From NCBI GenBank assembly GCA_947366545.1, contig CANBAL010000002.1:14889-78888 (forward strand): a DNA stretch of 64,000 nt, given 5' to 3'. Under the pieces are notes generated by a model, which was not told the origin of the DNA, ran no database searches, and saw only the letters and a list, made by a program, of their open reading frames with translations. Position 1 is the first letter of the stretch. Each line of letters opens with the position of its first letter. The stretch is from an uncultured Clostridia bacterium. Its GTDB lineage: Bacteria > Bacillota > Clostridia > Christensenellales > UBA1242. Made by a program: the position numbers and the translations under genes. Positions 1-10,539 of this stretch are shown one piece after another.

Positions 1-580
1 GCAGATTTATATTCCATTTTTCCATATCTATTTCTTCATGTCCGCAACTTTGTGCTCCGTCAACCATAAAGAAAAGTCCCTTTTCTTTACATAGTTTTCC
101 TATGCTTTCAAGGTCTGCCTTGTCGCCGTTGACATTAGAAATATGGTTACAAATCACAAGATAGGTGTTGTCTTGAATTAGTGGCTCAATATCGCGTGCT
201 GTTATTCCTGTTTTTTCATGTTGGTAAGCGATAGAGAAATCAATAAGGCCAAGCGATTTTAAATGCTCGAGGGGGCGTAAAACCGAGTTGTGTTCATTTT
301 CGGTGCAAATTACATGGCCGTCTTTTTTCACACTGCCTAAAATGGCAAGATTTAACGCTTCGGTGCAGTTTTGTGTAAAAATCACATCCTCACTACTAGG
401 GCAGTTGTATAACTTGGAAAGCTTAATTCGGGTATTTTCTACTTCCATAGCGGCTTTGATGCTGGCCTTGTGTCCACTCCGCCCAGGATTAGCACCATAG
501 TGGAGTAGACTTTCATTTACCGCTCTAATAACCTCTTTTGGCTTTACGAGGGTAGAAGCACTATTGTCTAAATAAATCAT
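1..580 (-). CDS. class-V aminotransferase / cysteine desulfurase-like protein (3' part outside window)
   Basis: Minus-strand frame open to the window edge, so absent from the ORF track. ATG at 580-578 gives MIYLDNSASTLVKPKEVIRAVNESLLHYGANPGRSGHKAS..., an N-terminus typical of NifS/CsdA-type PLP enzymes. Confidence 0.75.
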   Translation of the reverse strand, partial: MIYLDNSASTLVKPKEVIRAVNESLLHYGANPGRSGHKASIKAAMEVENTRIKLSKLYNCPSSEDVIFTQNCTEALNLAILGSVKKDGHVICTENEHNSVLRPLEHLKSLGLIDFSIAYQHEKTGITARDIEPLIQDNTYLVICNHISNVNGDKADLESIGKLCKEKGLFFMVDGAQSCGHEEIDMEKWNINL

Positions 581-660
581 AATAATTTCCTTTTATCACA
601 TAATCTTACATTAATAAATATAGTGATTTAGAGGGTAAATTGTGCAAATAGGAGAATATT

Positions 661-918
661 ATGTATTATTACCTTGCCGTTTTCCGTTCTCGAAGTGAGA
701 CGCTGTATTTTGCAAATATGCTACGCTCAAATGGAGTTATCGTAAGTATTATCAACACACCGAAAGAGGCGGGGCAAACCTGTGGAATATGTGTAAAATT
801 CATGCCAAATAGTTTTGAGATTGCCAAGAACATATTTATGCAAAAGCCGTTCAGGACCTTTGCAGGATTTTATTCGGTGATGTTAAAAAATGGCGGAATG
901 GAACTCAGTAGACTTTAA
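661..918 (+). CDS. DUF3343-like small protein (putative S/Se carrier-like)
   Basis: 85 aa. AVFRSRSE...NTPKEAGQTCGICVKF resembles DUF3343 proteins, which usually neighbour cysteine desulfurases. Here it is divergent from the 1-580 gene. Confidence 0.6.
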   Translation: MYYYLAVFRSRSETLYFANMLRSNGVIVSIINTPKEAGQTCGICVKFMPNSFEIAKNIFMQKPFRTFAGFYSVMLKNGGMELSRL

Positions 919-955
919 CTTGTATAAACTCTATTAGTTTTCATATGATAAATAT

Positions 956-1495
956 ATGAAAGCGATATATAGCGTTATAATACTGTCGTTGGTGGCAATC
1001 ATGTTGTCATTTTTAATTTATTGTACGAGTGCCTATTTTTATCCTATGCGTTATACTAGTGAGATTAAAGAGGTTTGCGGGCAATATGATTTAGAGCCAT
1101 CTCTTGTTGCGTCTGTCATTAATGTGGAAAGTGGCTATAACCCAAATCGTACTTCGCCAAAGGGTGCAAAAGGTTTAATGCAAATTATGCCTTCGACGGC
1201 CGAGTGGCTGTGCGAGAAATTAAGGCTTGAATATAACGAAGAAAGATTGTATGAAGTGGAGTATAACCTTGTTCTAGGCTGCTATTATTTAAAGTCACTT
1301 ATGGGTAGTTTTGAAGATACTGTTTCGGCTCTCTGTGCGTATAATGCGGGGCCAACCAATGTGAGAAATTGGCTTAGCGATAGTAAGTATTCTTCAGACG
1401 GAAAAACCTTAAATAACATACCATTTGCCGAAACAGAAAATTATGTAACAAAACTCAATAAAAATCTTAAATACTATAGCCGAAAATACAAATAA
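956..1495 (+). CDS. membrane-anchored lytic transglycosylase (SLT domain)
   Basis: N-terminal TM helix, then SLT motifs VINVESGYNP, GLMQIMPSTAEW and AYNAGPTNV. Confidence 0.85.
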   Translation: MKAIYSVIILSLVAIMLSFLIYCTSAYFYPMRYTSEIKEVCGQYDLEPSLVASVINVESGYNPNRTSPKGAKGLMQIMPSTAEWLCEKLRLEYNEERLYEVEYNLVLGCYYLKSLMGSFEDTVSALCAYNAGPTNVRNWLSDSKYSSDGKTLNNIPFAETENYVTKLNKNLKYYSRKYK

Positions 1496-1566
1496 AAGTG
1501 CATAATGCACCCAAAAAATTTGACAAACCTCTTGAAATTATGTTAATTTTACTTAAGAGGTAAAAA

Positions 1567-3033
1567 ATGGCAGAAATACAAAATTTATCAACCGAACTTG
1601 AGGTAAGAAAGCAAAAGATACAAGACTTAAAAGATATGGGAGAAATTCCATATAAGGCAAAATTTGATAGGACTTGCACAATTAAAGAGGCAAGGGGCAA
1701 ACTTGGCGAGCATGTAAAGATATGTGGTCGTGTTGTTTTTAAGCGCGTCATGGGTAAGTTTGGTTTTATGCAGATAAGGGATATTGAAGATAAAATTCAA
1801 ATATCTGTGGGGCGTAACGAACTTGACGAAGAGGCATATACATTCTATAAAAAGTATGTCGATATAGCCGATTTTGTAGGCGTCGAAGGTGAGGTTTATA
1901 CCACTCAAACTGGTGAAGTTACGGTCAAAGCGGAGAAGGTGACCTTGCTATCTAAAACCATGCGTTCGCTCCCAGAGAAATTCCATGGCCTTACAGATAC
2001 CGAGGCTAAGTATCGTCAAAGATATCTTGATTTAATTTCTAATGAAGAGGCAAGGGCGGTATTTATCGGAAGGAGTAAACTTCTTGCATTTATAAGGAAA
2101 TATCTTGGTGAAAATGGATTTATGGAAGTGGAGACCCCAATTCTTCAAAATGCTGTGTGCGGAGCAAGTGCAAAACCTTTCTTTACACATCATAACGCAC
2201 TTGATATAGATCTTAACCTTCGTATAGCGCCAGAAACCTACTTAAAGCAATGCATAGCAGGTGGCTTTGATAGGGTTTTTGAGGTTGCAAAATGCTTTAG
2301 GAATGAGGGTATGGACACTCAACATCTTCAAGAGTTTACACAGGTTGAGTGGTATGCTTCTTATTGGAACTACGAGGATAATATCAAATTTTTCCAAGGC
2401 TTTTTAAAAAATCTTTTGCTTGAACTTACAGGGAAAACCACAATAGAAAAGGACGGCGTGGTATTAGATTTCGGTAAAGAGAATCTTGATAGAATAAATT
2501 ATGTTGAGTCTATGCGTGAAATTTTAGGCTTTGATTTTCTTGCTGAAAATGACCCAGTTGAACTTAAGAAGAAAATAGTTGAAAAAGGCCTATTCACAAT
2601 GGGCGAACTTGAGGATTATAAATCAGTAAGCCAGATAATTGACTTTGTATATAAAAAGAAGATTAGGGAGAAGATTGTACAACCAACCATTTTATATAAC
2701 TACCCAGCCTCTTTAATTCCACTTGCTCGCCGTAATGATGAAGATGAGCGCATTATTGATGTGTTCCAAGTGGTTGTTATGGGTACAGAGCTTTGTAAAG
2801 CATATTCTGAGCTTGTAAATCCAATCCAACAACGACAGGCCTTTGAGAAACAACTTGAAGCAAAGAAACAGGGCGATGATGAAACCATGGATCTTGATGA
2901 AGGCTTCATGCTTGCCATGGAACATGGTATGCCACCAATAAGCGGCCTTGGATGTGGCCTTGATAGACTTTTAATGCTTATTTATAATCAACAATCGGTA
3001 AGGGATGTAGTACTTTTCCCAATTATGAGGTAG
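1567..3033 (+). CDS. lysS: lysine--tRNA ligase, class II
   Basis: 488 aa. N-terminal OB-fold region, class II core motifs (FRNEGMD, GLGCGLDRLLM). AAGAGG RBS upstream. Confidence 0.95.
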   Translation: MAEIQNLSTELEVRKQKIQDLKDMGEIPYKAKFDRTCTIKEARGKLGEHVKICGRVVFKRVMGKFGFMQIRDIEDKIQISVGRNELDEEAYTFYKKYVDIADFVGVEGEVYTTQTGEVTVKAEKVTLLSKTMRSLPEKFHGLTDTEAKYRQRYLDLISNEEARAVFIGRSKLLAFIRKYLGENGFMEVETPILQNAVCGASAKPFFTHHNALDIDLNLRIAPETYLKQCIAGGFDRVFEVAKCFRNEGMDTQHLQEFTQVEWYASYWNYEDNIKFFQGFLKNLLLELTGKTTIEKDGVVLDFGKENLDRINYVESMREILGFDFLAENDPVELKKKIVEKGLFTMGELEDYKSVSQIIDFVYKKKIREKIVQPTILYNYPASLIPLARRNDEDERIIDVFQVVVMGTELCKAYSELVNPIQQRQAFEKQLEAKKQGDDETMDLDEGFMLAMEHGMPPISGLGCGLDRLLMLIYNQQSVRDVVLFPIMR

Positions 3034-3035
3034 AA

Positions 3036-3659
3036 GTGAAAGCGCAAGAAATAAAAAAACATCTTGATAGATTATTTCCCTTTGCAGAGTGTGAATTACA
3101 TTATAACAGTCCTTATCAGCTTCTTGTTGCGACAATCTTGTCAGCGCAATGCACAGATAAAAGGGTGAACGCAGTCACGAGTGAACTTTTTAAGCGTGCA
3201 AGCACGCCTTATGAAATGGTTAAACTTAGTCAGGAAGAATTAGAAAACATTATTCACTCTTGTGGCTTTTATCATAATAAGGCAACGAATATCTTAAAGA
3301 TGAGTAAGGAGCTTGTTGAAAAATACAATGGACAAGTACCGGGGTCGCTAGAAGAGATGCAGACCTTAGCTGGGGTCGGCAGAAAGACGGCGAATGTTGT
3401 TTATAGCGAGGGGTTTAAAGGTGACGCTTTTGCGGTAGACACCCATGTACTACGGGTGTCAAATAGACTAGGGCTAGCCGATACTCAGGATCCAACAAAA
3501 TGTGAACTTGCACTTACCAAATTCTTTCCAAAGAAGGACTGGAGCGAACTTCATCTTCAAATGGTGCATTTTGGTAGATATAAGTGTAAGTCGCAAAAGC
3601 CAGACTGCAAAGAATGTCCGTTTGAGAGAATATGTAAATTTAATAAGGAGGAGAAGTAA
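3036..3659 (+). CDS. nth: endonuclease III
   Basis: HhH-GPD motif LAGVGRKTANVV and C-terminal 4Fe-4S loop CKSQKPDCKECPFERIC. GTG start. Confidence 0.93.
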   Translation: MKAQEIKKHLDRLFPFAECELHYNSPYQLLVATILSAQCTDKRVNAVTSELFKRASTPYEMVKLSQEELENIIHSCGFYHNKATNILKMSKELVEKYNGQVPGSLEEMQTLAGVGRKTANVVYSEGFKGDAFAVDTHVLRVSNRLGLADTQDPTKCELALTKFFPKKDWSELHLQMVHFGRYKCKSQKPDCKECPFERICKFNKEEK

Positions 3660-3660
3660 A

Positions 3661-4383
3661 ATGAAAACAATTATCGTCACAGGAGCGGCAAGTGGAGTAG
3701 GTAGAGAGGTTAGCCTTACATATAAGGATGAGAATTTAATTCTTATAGATAATAATAAAAAGAAACTTGAACTTCTTTCTAAAAAACTAGGAGATAAGCA
3801 TTCTTACTTTGTATGTGATATTTCTGACATGGAGCAGTTGCAAGAAACCTTTAAATTGATTGAAAAGAAATATAAGAAAATCGATGTACTGGTGCATTGT
3901 GCAGCGGTTTGGACAAAGGGGAATATGACGGAGCAAGATGAAGGTCATTTTGCTGAGATTAATACTTTTGAGCGTATTAAACAATTAATAGATGTCAATG
4001 TTTATGGCTTAATTGCGATGGTAAAGTCAGTGCTACCATTTATGAAAAAACAGGGGTATGGGCAAATAATAAATATTAATTCTTCATGTGGAGTAAATAT
4101 TGAGGAGCCATGGCCAGTATACACTGCATCAAAGCATGGCGCACACGCATTTTCAAAGGCAATTATGAATGACCTTATAAAGAATAAAATTAAATTAACT
4201 GATATACACCCAGGACTAATAAATACTGATTTTTATATAAACGCAAATGATCCACTTCCAAAGGAGATTATGGATACAGGATTAAGGGCAAAAGATGTTG
4301 CTAATGTGGTAAAATATCTTGTAGAACTTCCAAAAGATATAGCAATACCAAGTATAGAAATTAAGAATATGAAAAATATTTAG
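3661..4383 (+). CDS. short-chain dehydrogenase/reductase (SDR)
   Basis: MKTIIVTGAASGVGRE Rossmann motif and YTASK catalytic Y-x3-K. ATG 3661 preferred over the 3502 ORF start, which overlaps nth. Confidence 0.85.
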   Translation: MKTIIVTGAASGVGREVSLTYKDENLILIDNNKKKLELLSKKLGDKHSYFVCDISDMEQLQETFKLIEKKYKKIDVLVHCAAVWTKGNMTEQDEGHFAEINTFERIKQLIDVNVYGLIAMVKSVLPFMKKQGYGQIININSSCGVNIEEPWPVYTASKHGAHAFSKAIMNDLIKNKIKLTDIHPGLINTDFYINANDPLPKEIMDTGLRAKDVANVVKYLVELPKDIAIPSIEIKNMKNI

Positions 4384-4417
4384 TTTGTGAGCGACCGACG
4401 AGATGGTGTCTCCCCAA
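4384..4417 (+). repeat. 34-nt direct repeat, copy 1 (TTTGTGAGCGACCGACGAGATGGTGTCTCCCCAA)
   Basis: 34/34 identical to 4596-4629. Starts right after the SDR stop codon. Confidence 0.95.
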
Positions 4418-4595
4418 AAAACAATCTTTCCAGTAAGGAAATCAAAACTGGACTGGCGGATTTCCGAGGGGAAGGACTTTGTCCGGCGAGGAAGCGGATA
4501 AGAGAAATGTATCATTTCTCCCGCGTAATCCAGAAGGACCCATTACGGAAGGAGGTTGGGAGGGAAACCATTGAGGCAGCGAGTCAAATCTGAGA
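4418..4595 (+). ncRNA. candidate structured non-coding RNA or inserted cassette in the obg leader (family unknown)
   Basis: GC/purine-rich relative to its flanks. Several nested hairpins: GGAC-ttt-GTCC; GCGG..GAGAAAT-gtatc-ATTTCTC..CCGC; CGTAAT-N12-ATTACG; GGTT-N8-AACC. No convincing ORF. Confidence 0.35.
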
Positions 4596-4629
4596 TTTGT
4601 GAGCGACCGACGAGATGGTGTCTCCCCAA
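4596..4629 (+). repeat. 34-nt direct repeat, copy 2
   Basis: Identical to 4384-4417. Immediately followed by the obg RBS AAAAGGAG. Confidence 0.95.
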
Positions 4630-4644
4630 TAAAAGGAGTTAAAT

Positions 4645-5913
4645 TTGTTTTTAGACAGAGTAAAGATTTCAATTAAAGCGGGAAATGGTGGCAATGGTGC
4701 CATATCTTTTTTGCGTACAAAACTTGTCGCGAATGGCGGGCCAGACGGTGGTGAAGGCGGCAAAGGAGGGGATATTGTCTTTGTTGCGACCCGTGATATG
4801 AATACTCTATATAGTTTCCGTTTTAAAAAGAAGTTTGTTGCTGGTGATGGATTAAATGGTGCTAAAAAACTGCAAACTGGTGCCAGTGGTAAGGATGAGC
4901 TTATTGAGGTTCCATGCGGCACGGTTATCATAGATGCTAAAACAGATAAAATAATTGCTGATTTGTATGAACATGGTATGAAGTTCACGGCTTTAAAGGG
5001 TGGCAATGGTGGTCATGGTAATGCTTATTATAAATCATCTATTAAACAGGCGCCACATTATTCACAAACTGGCGAAATTACTACATCTCGTGAAGTGATT
5101 TTGGAATTAAAAACGATAGCCGATGTTGGCTTGGTTGGATTTCCAAATGTAGGTAAATCCACCTTGCTTTCATGTATTTCAAATGCAAATCCAAAAATAG
5201 CAAATTATCCTTTCACCACCTTGTATCCAAATCTTGGTGTGTGTGAGGTAAAAGGGCAGGCTTTTGTGGTCGCTGACATCCCAGGGCTTATAGAGGGCGC
5301 GAGTGAAGGCCAAGGCCTAGGGCATTATTTCCTTAAGCATGTGGAGCGAGTAAGGCTTATAATTCATCTTATTGATGTTTCCGAAAGTGATGGCAGAAAT
5401 TTCTTGGAGGATTACGATAAGATAAACAACGAACTAAAAAAATATAGCGAAAAACTGACTAAGGTAGAGCAAATAGTAGTCCTTTCAAAGACAGATTTGG
5501 TTGATAAAGATACTCTTGACACCCGTCGTAAAGCCTTTGAAAAGAAAACAGGTATTAATCCGCTTAAAATTTCTGGTGCAACCTATGAGGGGATTGAGAA
5601 CTTAAAACTTACGGTACTTGAAAAGTTGTCTCATATTCCAAAAAGTGAGCCTATTGAAATTGAGGAGCATGACTTTGATAAAAGAGACACTTCTTCCATT
5701 GTTATTACCTGCGAAGATGATGGCACCTTTGTGGTAAGTGGCGGTAAGATTGATAACTTTATTCGGGGAGTGGTGCTGGATGATACTAGGTCGTTCGCCT
5801 ATTTCCAAGCAAAACTACAAGAAATGGGCATTATAGATATGCTTAAAGAGCGCGGACTTAAGAACGGCGATAGCGTAAGAATTAAAGATATTACATTTGA
5901 ATATATGCAATAA
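4645..5913 (+). CDS. obg: GTPase Obg/CgtA
   Basis: Glycine-rich Obg fold (GNGGNGAISF, GGPDGGEGGKGG), G1 GFPNVGKST, G3 DIPGLIEGA, C-terminal extension. TTG start 7 nt after AAAAGGAG. Confidence 0.95.
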   Translation: MFLDRVKISIKAGNGGNGAISFLRTKLVANGGPDGGEGGKGGDIVFVATRDMNTLYSFRFKKKFVAGDGLNGAKKLQTGASGKDELIEVPCGTVIIDAKTDKIIADLYEHGMKFTALKGGNGGHGNAYYKSSIKQAPHYSQTGEITTSREVILELKTIADVGLVGFPNVGKSTLLSCISNANPKIANYPFTTLYPNLGVCEVKGQAFVVADIPGLIEGASEGQGLGHYFLKHVERVRLIIHLIDVSESDGRNFLEDYDKINNELKKYSEKLTKVEQIVVLSKTDLVDKDTLDTRRKAFEKKTGINPLKISGATYEGIENLKLTVLEKLSHIPKSEPIEIEEHDFDKRDTSSIVITCEDDGTFVVSGGKIDNFIRGVVLDDTRSFAYFQAKLQEMGIIDMLKERGLKNGDSVRIKDITFEYMQ

Positions 5914-5978
5914 TTTCAATATATAGTGGCTATTATGCATACATACTAGCGATATATTGTGTAAAAGAGAGGTTAGGT

Positions 5979-6275
5979 ATGTTGACAACAAAACAGCGTG
6001 CACATTTAAGGGGACTTGGAAATGCACTTGAACCTGTAATGCAAATAGGGAAAGAGGGATTAAGTGAAAACTCCTATGAAGCAATAAATGCACTTTTGGA
6101 GGCAAGAGAACTTGTTAAAATTAAGGTGTTAAAAAACAGTGACCTTCGTGCAAGAGAGGTGTGTCAAATGGTGTGCGACAAGTTAGAGGCAGAGCCAGTG
6201 CAGGTCATAGGCTCAAACTTTATCATTTATCGCACTTCTTCTAAAAAGGATTTTAAACATATAGAGCTTATATGA
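5979..6275 (+). CDS. yhbY: YhbY/CRS1-type RNA-binding ribosome assembly protein
   Basis: 98 aa. LTTKQRAHLRGLGNALEPVMQIGKEGLSE...VKIKVL matches the CRM/YhbY domain. Confidence 0.85.
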   Translation: MLTTKQRAHLRGLGNALEPVMQIGKEGLSENSYEAINALLEARELVKIKVLKNSDLRAREVCQMVCDKLEAEPVQVIGSNFIIYRTSSKKDFKHIELI

Positions 6276-7076
6276 TTATAAAACTTCACTTGGTATTTCT
6301 TCACCTTTGTTTGAATAACAAATAAGTGCAAAAATGAGTAAAACAGAACTTACAATACAATAATAGAGGTTTATTCTCACAAAAAAGCTAGACAAAAGCA
6401 AAACAAAGGCGGAGAGTAAGTAGCCCTTTGCCTTGTCGCGACTAAAAGCAAATTTAATAAGTTCCTTAAAAGTACGGGACTTATCTTTTTTATATTCAAA
6501 AGATATATCAGGAAAATAATCAAATTCTTTGTATAGACATTTATAGGAAGAAAATTTATCTAACAGTAATATTTGCATATCAAAGTTGCTTGCAAAACTT
6601 ATAGTTTCTGGTGTTACGCTCCCGCAAACTATAATTATTTTAGTAGGATTTTCTTTTTTTACGCTACTTGCAATTTTAATTACATCGTCATTATTTATCG
6701 CGGAAAATTTAAGGCACGGAAAGATAACACTTCTGGTTTTTTCGCTATTATTTATTAATATATATTTAGACTTTTTTTCTACAGAAGGGTATCTTTTTTT
6801 TGCCAGATGATAGAAAAAGTCAAGGCTACCTCCCTTTGTTGCAAGTGATAAAAAGATGTTTTCAGCATCCTCTTTTTCCTTTAATTTAAGGCTTGATGCC
6901 GTGCTCTTTTTATTTGAAATAAAGTGTAAAAATAGGTAAATAAGGCCGCTTGCGACTATACTTATAAGAAGGCAAATCCAAAGCGAGCGAATAAAATATC
7001 TTGTCCAAATAAATACAAGAAAAAATATAATAAAAATTTTTAAAATAATTTGTAATATAAAAAGAATTTTTTTCAT
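6276..7076 (-). CDS. hypothetical membrane protein
   Basis: 266 aa. Two N-terminal and two C-terminal TM helices around a soluble middle region. No recognisable motif. Confidence 0.55.
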   Translation of the reverse strand: MKKILFILQIILKIFIIFFLVFIWTRYFIRSLWICLLISIVASGLIYLFLHFISNKKSTASSLKLKEKEDAENIFLSLATKGGSLDFFYHLAKKRYPSVEKKSKYILINNSEKTRSVIFPCLKFSAINNDDVIKIASSVKKENPTKIIIVCGSVTPETISFASNFDMQILLLDKFSSYKCLYKEFDYFPDISFEYKKDKSRTFKELIKFAFSRDKAKGYLLSAFVLLLSSFFVRINLYYCIVSSVLLIFALICYSNKGEEIPSEVL

Positions 7077-7164
7077 GTGATAATATTAGGCAAAAATTTA
7101 AAAAATTAAACTATTAATTTGACAAATAAATATTTTTCATATATAATCGGAAAAAGAGGTAGAA

Positions 7165-7500
7165 GTGTTTCAGAAATATTTAGATTTTTTAATGACGCAA
7201 AAAGGGAAAAACATTGCTGTTTATGATATTAGCGGAGAAAATAATCTTGCTGATTATGTTATAATTCAGCATTTTAACAGCAATTTAGAAAATAAGAAGT
7301 TTGCAGATGCATTTATGCAAAATTTTGGAATAGATATTAACCCTGACGGTTATAGCCGAGGTGAATGGATAATTTTTGATCTTGATAAGGTTATAATTCA
7401 TAGTTTTGTAATAGATAAAAGGGAAAAATATAATTTAGATAAATTGTGGCAAAATAAAAAGATGAATTTAGCAATTAAAAAAAATAAAAAACAAAGTTAA
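7165..7500 (+). CDS. rsfS: ribosome silencing factor RsfS (iojap)
   Basis: 111 aa. ...ADYVIIQHF...GEWIIFDLDKVIIHSF...REKYNLDKLW is the RsfS signature. GTG start. Confidence 0.85.
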   Translation: MFQKYLDFLMTQKGKNIAVYDISGENNLADYVIIQHFNSNLENKKFADAFMQNFGIDINPDGYSRGEWIIFDLDKVIIHSFVIDKREKYNLDKLWQNKKMNLAIKKNKKQS

Positions 7501-7556
7501 ATACTTTGTTTTTTTTATCTATTATGTTATTATTGTTTTATCTAGGAGGGCAGGGC

Positions 7557-7988
7557 TTGATAAAGATTTGTTATGTATGCTCTGGAAATACTTGTAGGTC
7601 AATTATGGCTGAAAGACTTACCAAAGTAAAATTAAAAAAACTAGGAATTAAGAATATAAAAGTGTCTTCTAGGGGAATAAATGCAAGTGGAGAAAATATT
7701 GCAGAGAATGCAAAAAAGGTGCTTAAAAGGTTGGGGGCGAGTGCAGTAAACCGAAAATCTGTAAAACTAAGGAAGGTAGATGTAGATACTTTGTATGTGA
7801 CAATGACTAAGGCGCAAAAGCAAGCGCTAGGCAAAGGTAAAATAATTGCGTTTGCCGAATTAGTTGGAAAAGATATTATTGATCCCTATGGACAAGACGA
7901 AATGATCTATTATGAGACGGCACAAGAGCTTGAAAAAGGTATACAAGTTTTATTAGAGAAAATATTAAAATATGAGGTGAAAATATGA
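7557..7988 (+). CDS. ywlE: low-molecular-weight protein arginine/tyrosine phosphatase
   Basis: CX5R P-loop VCSGNTCRS near the N-terminus. TTG 7557 follows AGGAGGG; the 7506 ORF start has no RBS. Adjacent to rpiB, as ywlE-ywlF are in Bacillus. Confidence 0.82.
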   Translation: MIKICYVCSGNTCRSIMAERLTKVKLKKLGIKNIKVSSRGINASGENIAENAKKVLKRLGASAVNRKSVKLRKVDVDTLYVTMTKAQKQALGKGKIIAFAELVGKDIIDPYGQDEMIYYETAQELEKGIQVLLEKILKYEVKI

Positions 7989-8407
7989 TAATTTTAGCAA
8001 GTGACCATGCAGGATATTTACTGAAAGAGGAGTTAAAGAAGTTTTTTAATAAGGAAAATATCATCGCGATAGATGTAGGCTGCTATAGTCGTGAGGCAGG
8101 TGATGATTATCCAGATTTTGCTAAGGCAGGCTGTGCTAAGGTGCTTGAGGATCCGCGCAATGTAGGGATTTTCATTTGTGGCTCAGGAATAGGCATGGAT
8201 ATGGTGGCAAACCGCAATCCTAAAATAAGGGCGGCACTTTGTCATAATGAGAAATTTGCTGAACTTGCTAGGGCGGACAATGACGCCAATGTTTTAGTTT
8301 TAGCAGGAAGATTTTTAAAACCTAAAAAGGCGATTAAGATAGTTAAGGTGTTTTTAACTACCGATTTTGAAGGCGGTCGTCATGCAAGGCGCCTTAAGAA
8401 ATTTTAG
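7985..8407 (+). CDS. rpiB: ribose-5-phosphate isomerase B
   Basis: MIILASDHAGYLLKEEL..., GIFICGSGIGMDMVANR: RpiB/LacAB family. Confidence 0.92.
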   Translation: MIILASDHAGYLLKEELKKFFNKENIIAIDVGCYSREAGDDYPDFAKAGCAKVLEDPRNVGIFICGSGIGMDMVANRNPKIRAALCHNEKFAELARADNDANVLVLAGRFLKPKKAIKIVKVFLTTDFEGGRHARRLKKF

Positions 8408-8416
8408 GAGGAAGGG

Positions 8417-9190
8417 ATGATAAATGTACTTGTTCCAGTTACTGAGAACGCAGAAGAGTTTTGGACATCCGTGAAATCTATTTGCGATGATGTAAATGTT
8501 CAAATCATAATAGGGGTAAAGGACGGCATCGCGAGACAATATGATTTTAACATTCCAAACGCTATCGTGAAAGAGTATGGCGATAATGTAACAAGGGAAG
8601 AGATGCTGAATGATTTTCAATCGCTACTTTTGGGTGAAGGTGTGTTTATAGCAAGAAAGCCTTTCACAAAAGACGAGTTTGCAAATTTTACCTCACAAAA
8701 AGAGCAAATAGTGGTTTGCAAGAGTAAGGATAAAAATAAGTTTGTATCCTTTGTGAAAAGGATATGGCGAAATGTAGTTAAATTCATATTTGGCGTCAAA
8801 TTTTTTGAGGGCGATCCATCACTTATATATTTTAATGAAGACCTTGGTGGAGTTTTAACTAATGTAAATAATTTTTCCTATAGTACAAGAATAGATCGAT
8901 GGCGTGCAACCACCAAAACCGCGGTAGAGTCCTCCTATCCAAATGTCAAACCTGAGCAAGATAAAGCACTAAACATCAAATTAATTATCTTTGCGATATT
9001 GGCGCTTGTTATAGGTGCGGTAACGACTACGCTTGTGTGCATATTCGCAAAAGTGACGATTGTGATAGGGTTACTTCTTGCTTGTTTGGACATAATTTGT
9101 TTAAGTATATCCGTGCTGTTATTTATTGCTCTTACTTTCAATATGCAGGTAGGGCATAAGAATATAAACAATATTAAAAAGGGGGAATAG
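8417..9190 (+). CDS. hypothetical protein with C-terminal TM helices
   Basis: 257 aa. Strong RBS AGGAGGAAGGG. Soluble N-terminal domain plus 2 TM helices. No diagnostic motif. Confidence 0.55.
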   Translation: MINVLVPVTENAEEFWTSVKSICDDVNVQIIIGVKDGIARQYDFNIPNAIVKEYGDNVTREEMLNDFQSLLLGEGVFIARKPFTKDEFANFTSQKEQIVVCKSKDKNKFVSFVKRIWRNVVKFIFGVKFFEGDPSLIYFNEDLGGVLTNVNNFSYSTRIDRWRATTKTAVESSYPNVKPEQDKALNIKLIIFAILALVIGAVTTTLVCIFAKVTIVIGLLLACLDIICLSISVLLFIALTFNMQVGHKNINNIKKGE

Positions 9191-10192
<1,002 letters not shown>

Positions 10193-10205
10193 TAAGGAGA
10201 GAGGT

Positions 10206-10538
10206 ATGAAAAAGAAGGAAGAAAACAAGACGCAAACAACCACCACTAAAACAAAAACAAGTCCAAGATGGAGTTTTCAAAAGCTGCTTGATTGCATTGC
10301 GTATTTCGGTACAGCATCAATCGCTGTTGCCTTAATTATAAGTATGATTTTCAAAGGAAACAACTGGGGCGTTACAGTAGCATTTAAAACAATAGGTGAT
10401 ACAATTGCATATGTACTTACCATGATACTTGCTGCTTTCTGGGTAAAAAGAAAAAAACATATTGCATGGCTAATATGTTACATAGTGTTTGTCGTTGTTA
10501 TAATTGTAATGTATGTAATGACGAACCTAGTTTCATAA
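10206..10538 (+). CDS. hypothetical small membrane protein
   Basis: 110 aa. Thr/Lys-rich N-terminus, three predicted TM helices. RBS AGGAGAGAGG. Confidence 0.55.
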   Translation: MKKKEENKTQTTTTKTKTSPRWSFQKLLDCIAYFGTASIAVALIISMIFKGNNWGVTVAFKTIGDTIAYVLTMILAAFWVKRKKHIAWLICYIVFVVVIIVMYVMTNLVS

Positions 10539-10539
10539 T

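Noticed and set aside
4387-4593. 68-aa ORF (GTG start) filling the SDR-obg spacer.
   Set aside because: It has no RBS and an arbitrary-looking composition. It reads the two identical 34-nt repeats in different frames, and its sequence is better explained by RNA-style nested hairpins.
4418-4595. Possible SRP RNA, guanidine/ykkC-type or ZTP riboswitch. The hints were GTCCGGCGAGGAAGCGGATAAG, which is reminiscent of SRP helix 8; GACTGGCG, reminiscent of ZTP; and GGATTTCCG..GTCCGGCGAG, reminiscent of ykkC.
   Set aside because: Only short partial matches were found. The SRP GNRA loop and conserved GCAG are not reproduced. No CCGCCTGGG 3' element is present for ZTP and no ACGR/GGGA core for ykkC. 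The genomic context (obg) fits none of them. It is left as an unassigned candidate RNA.
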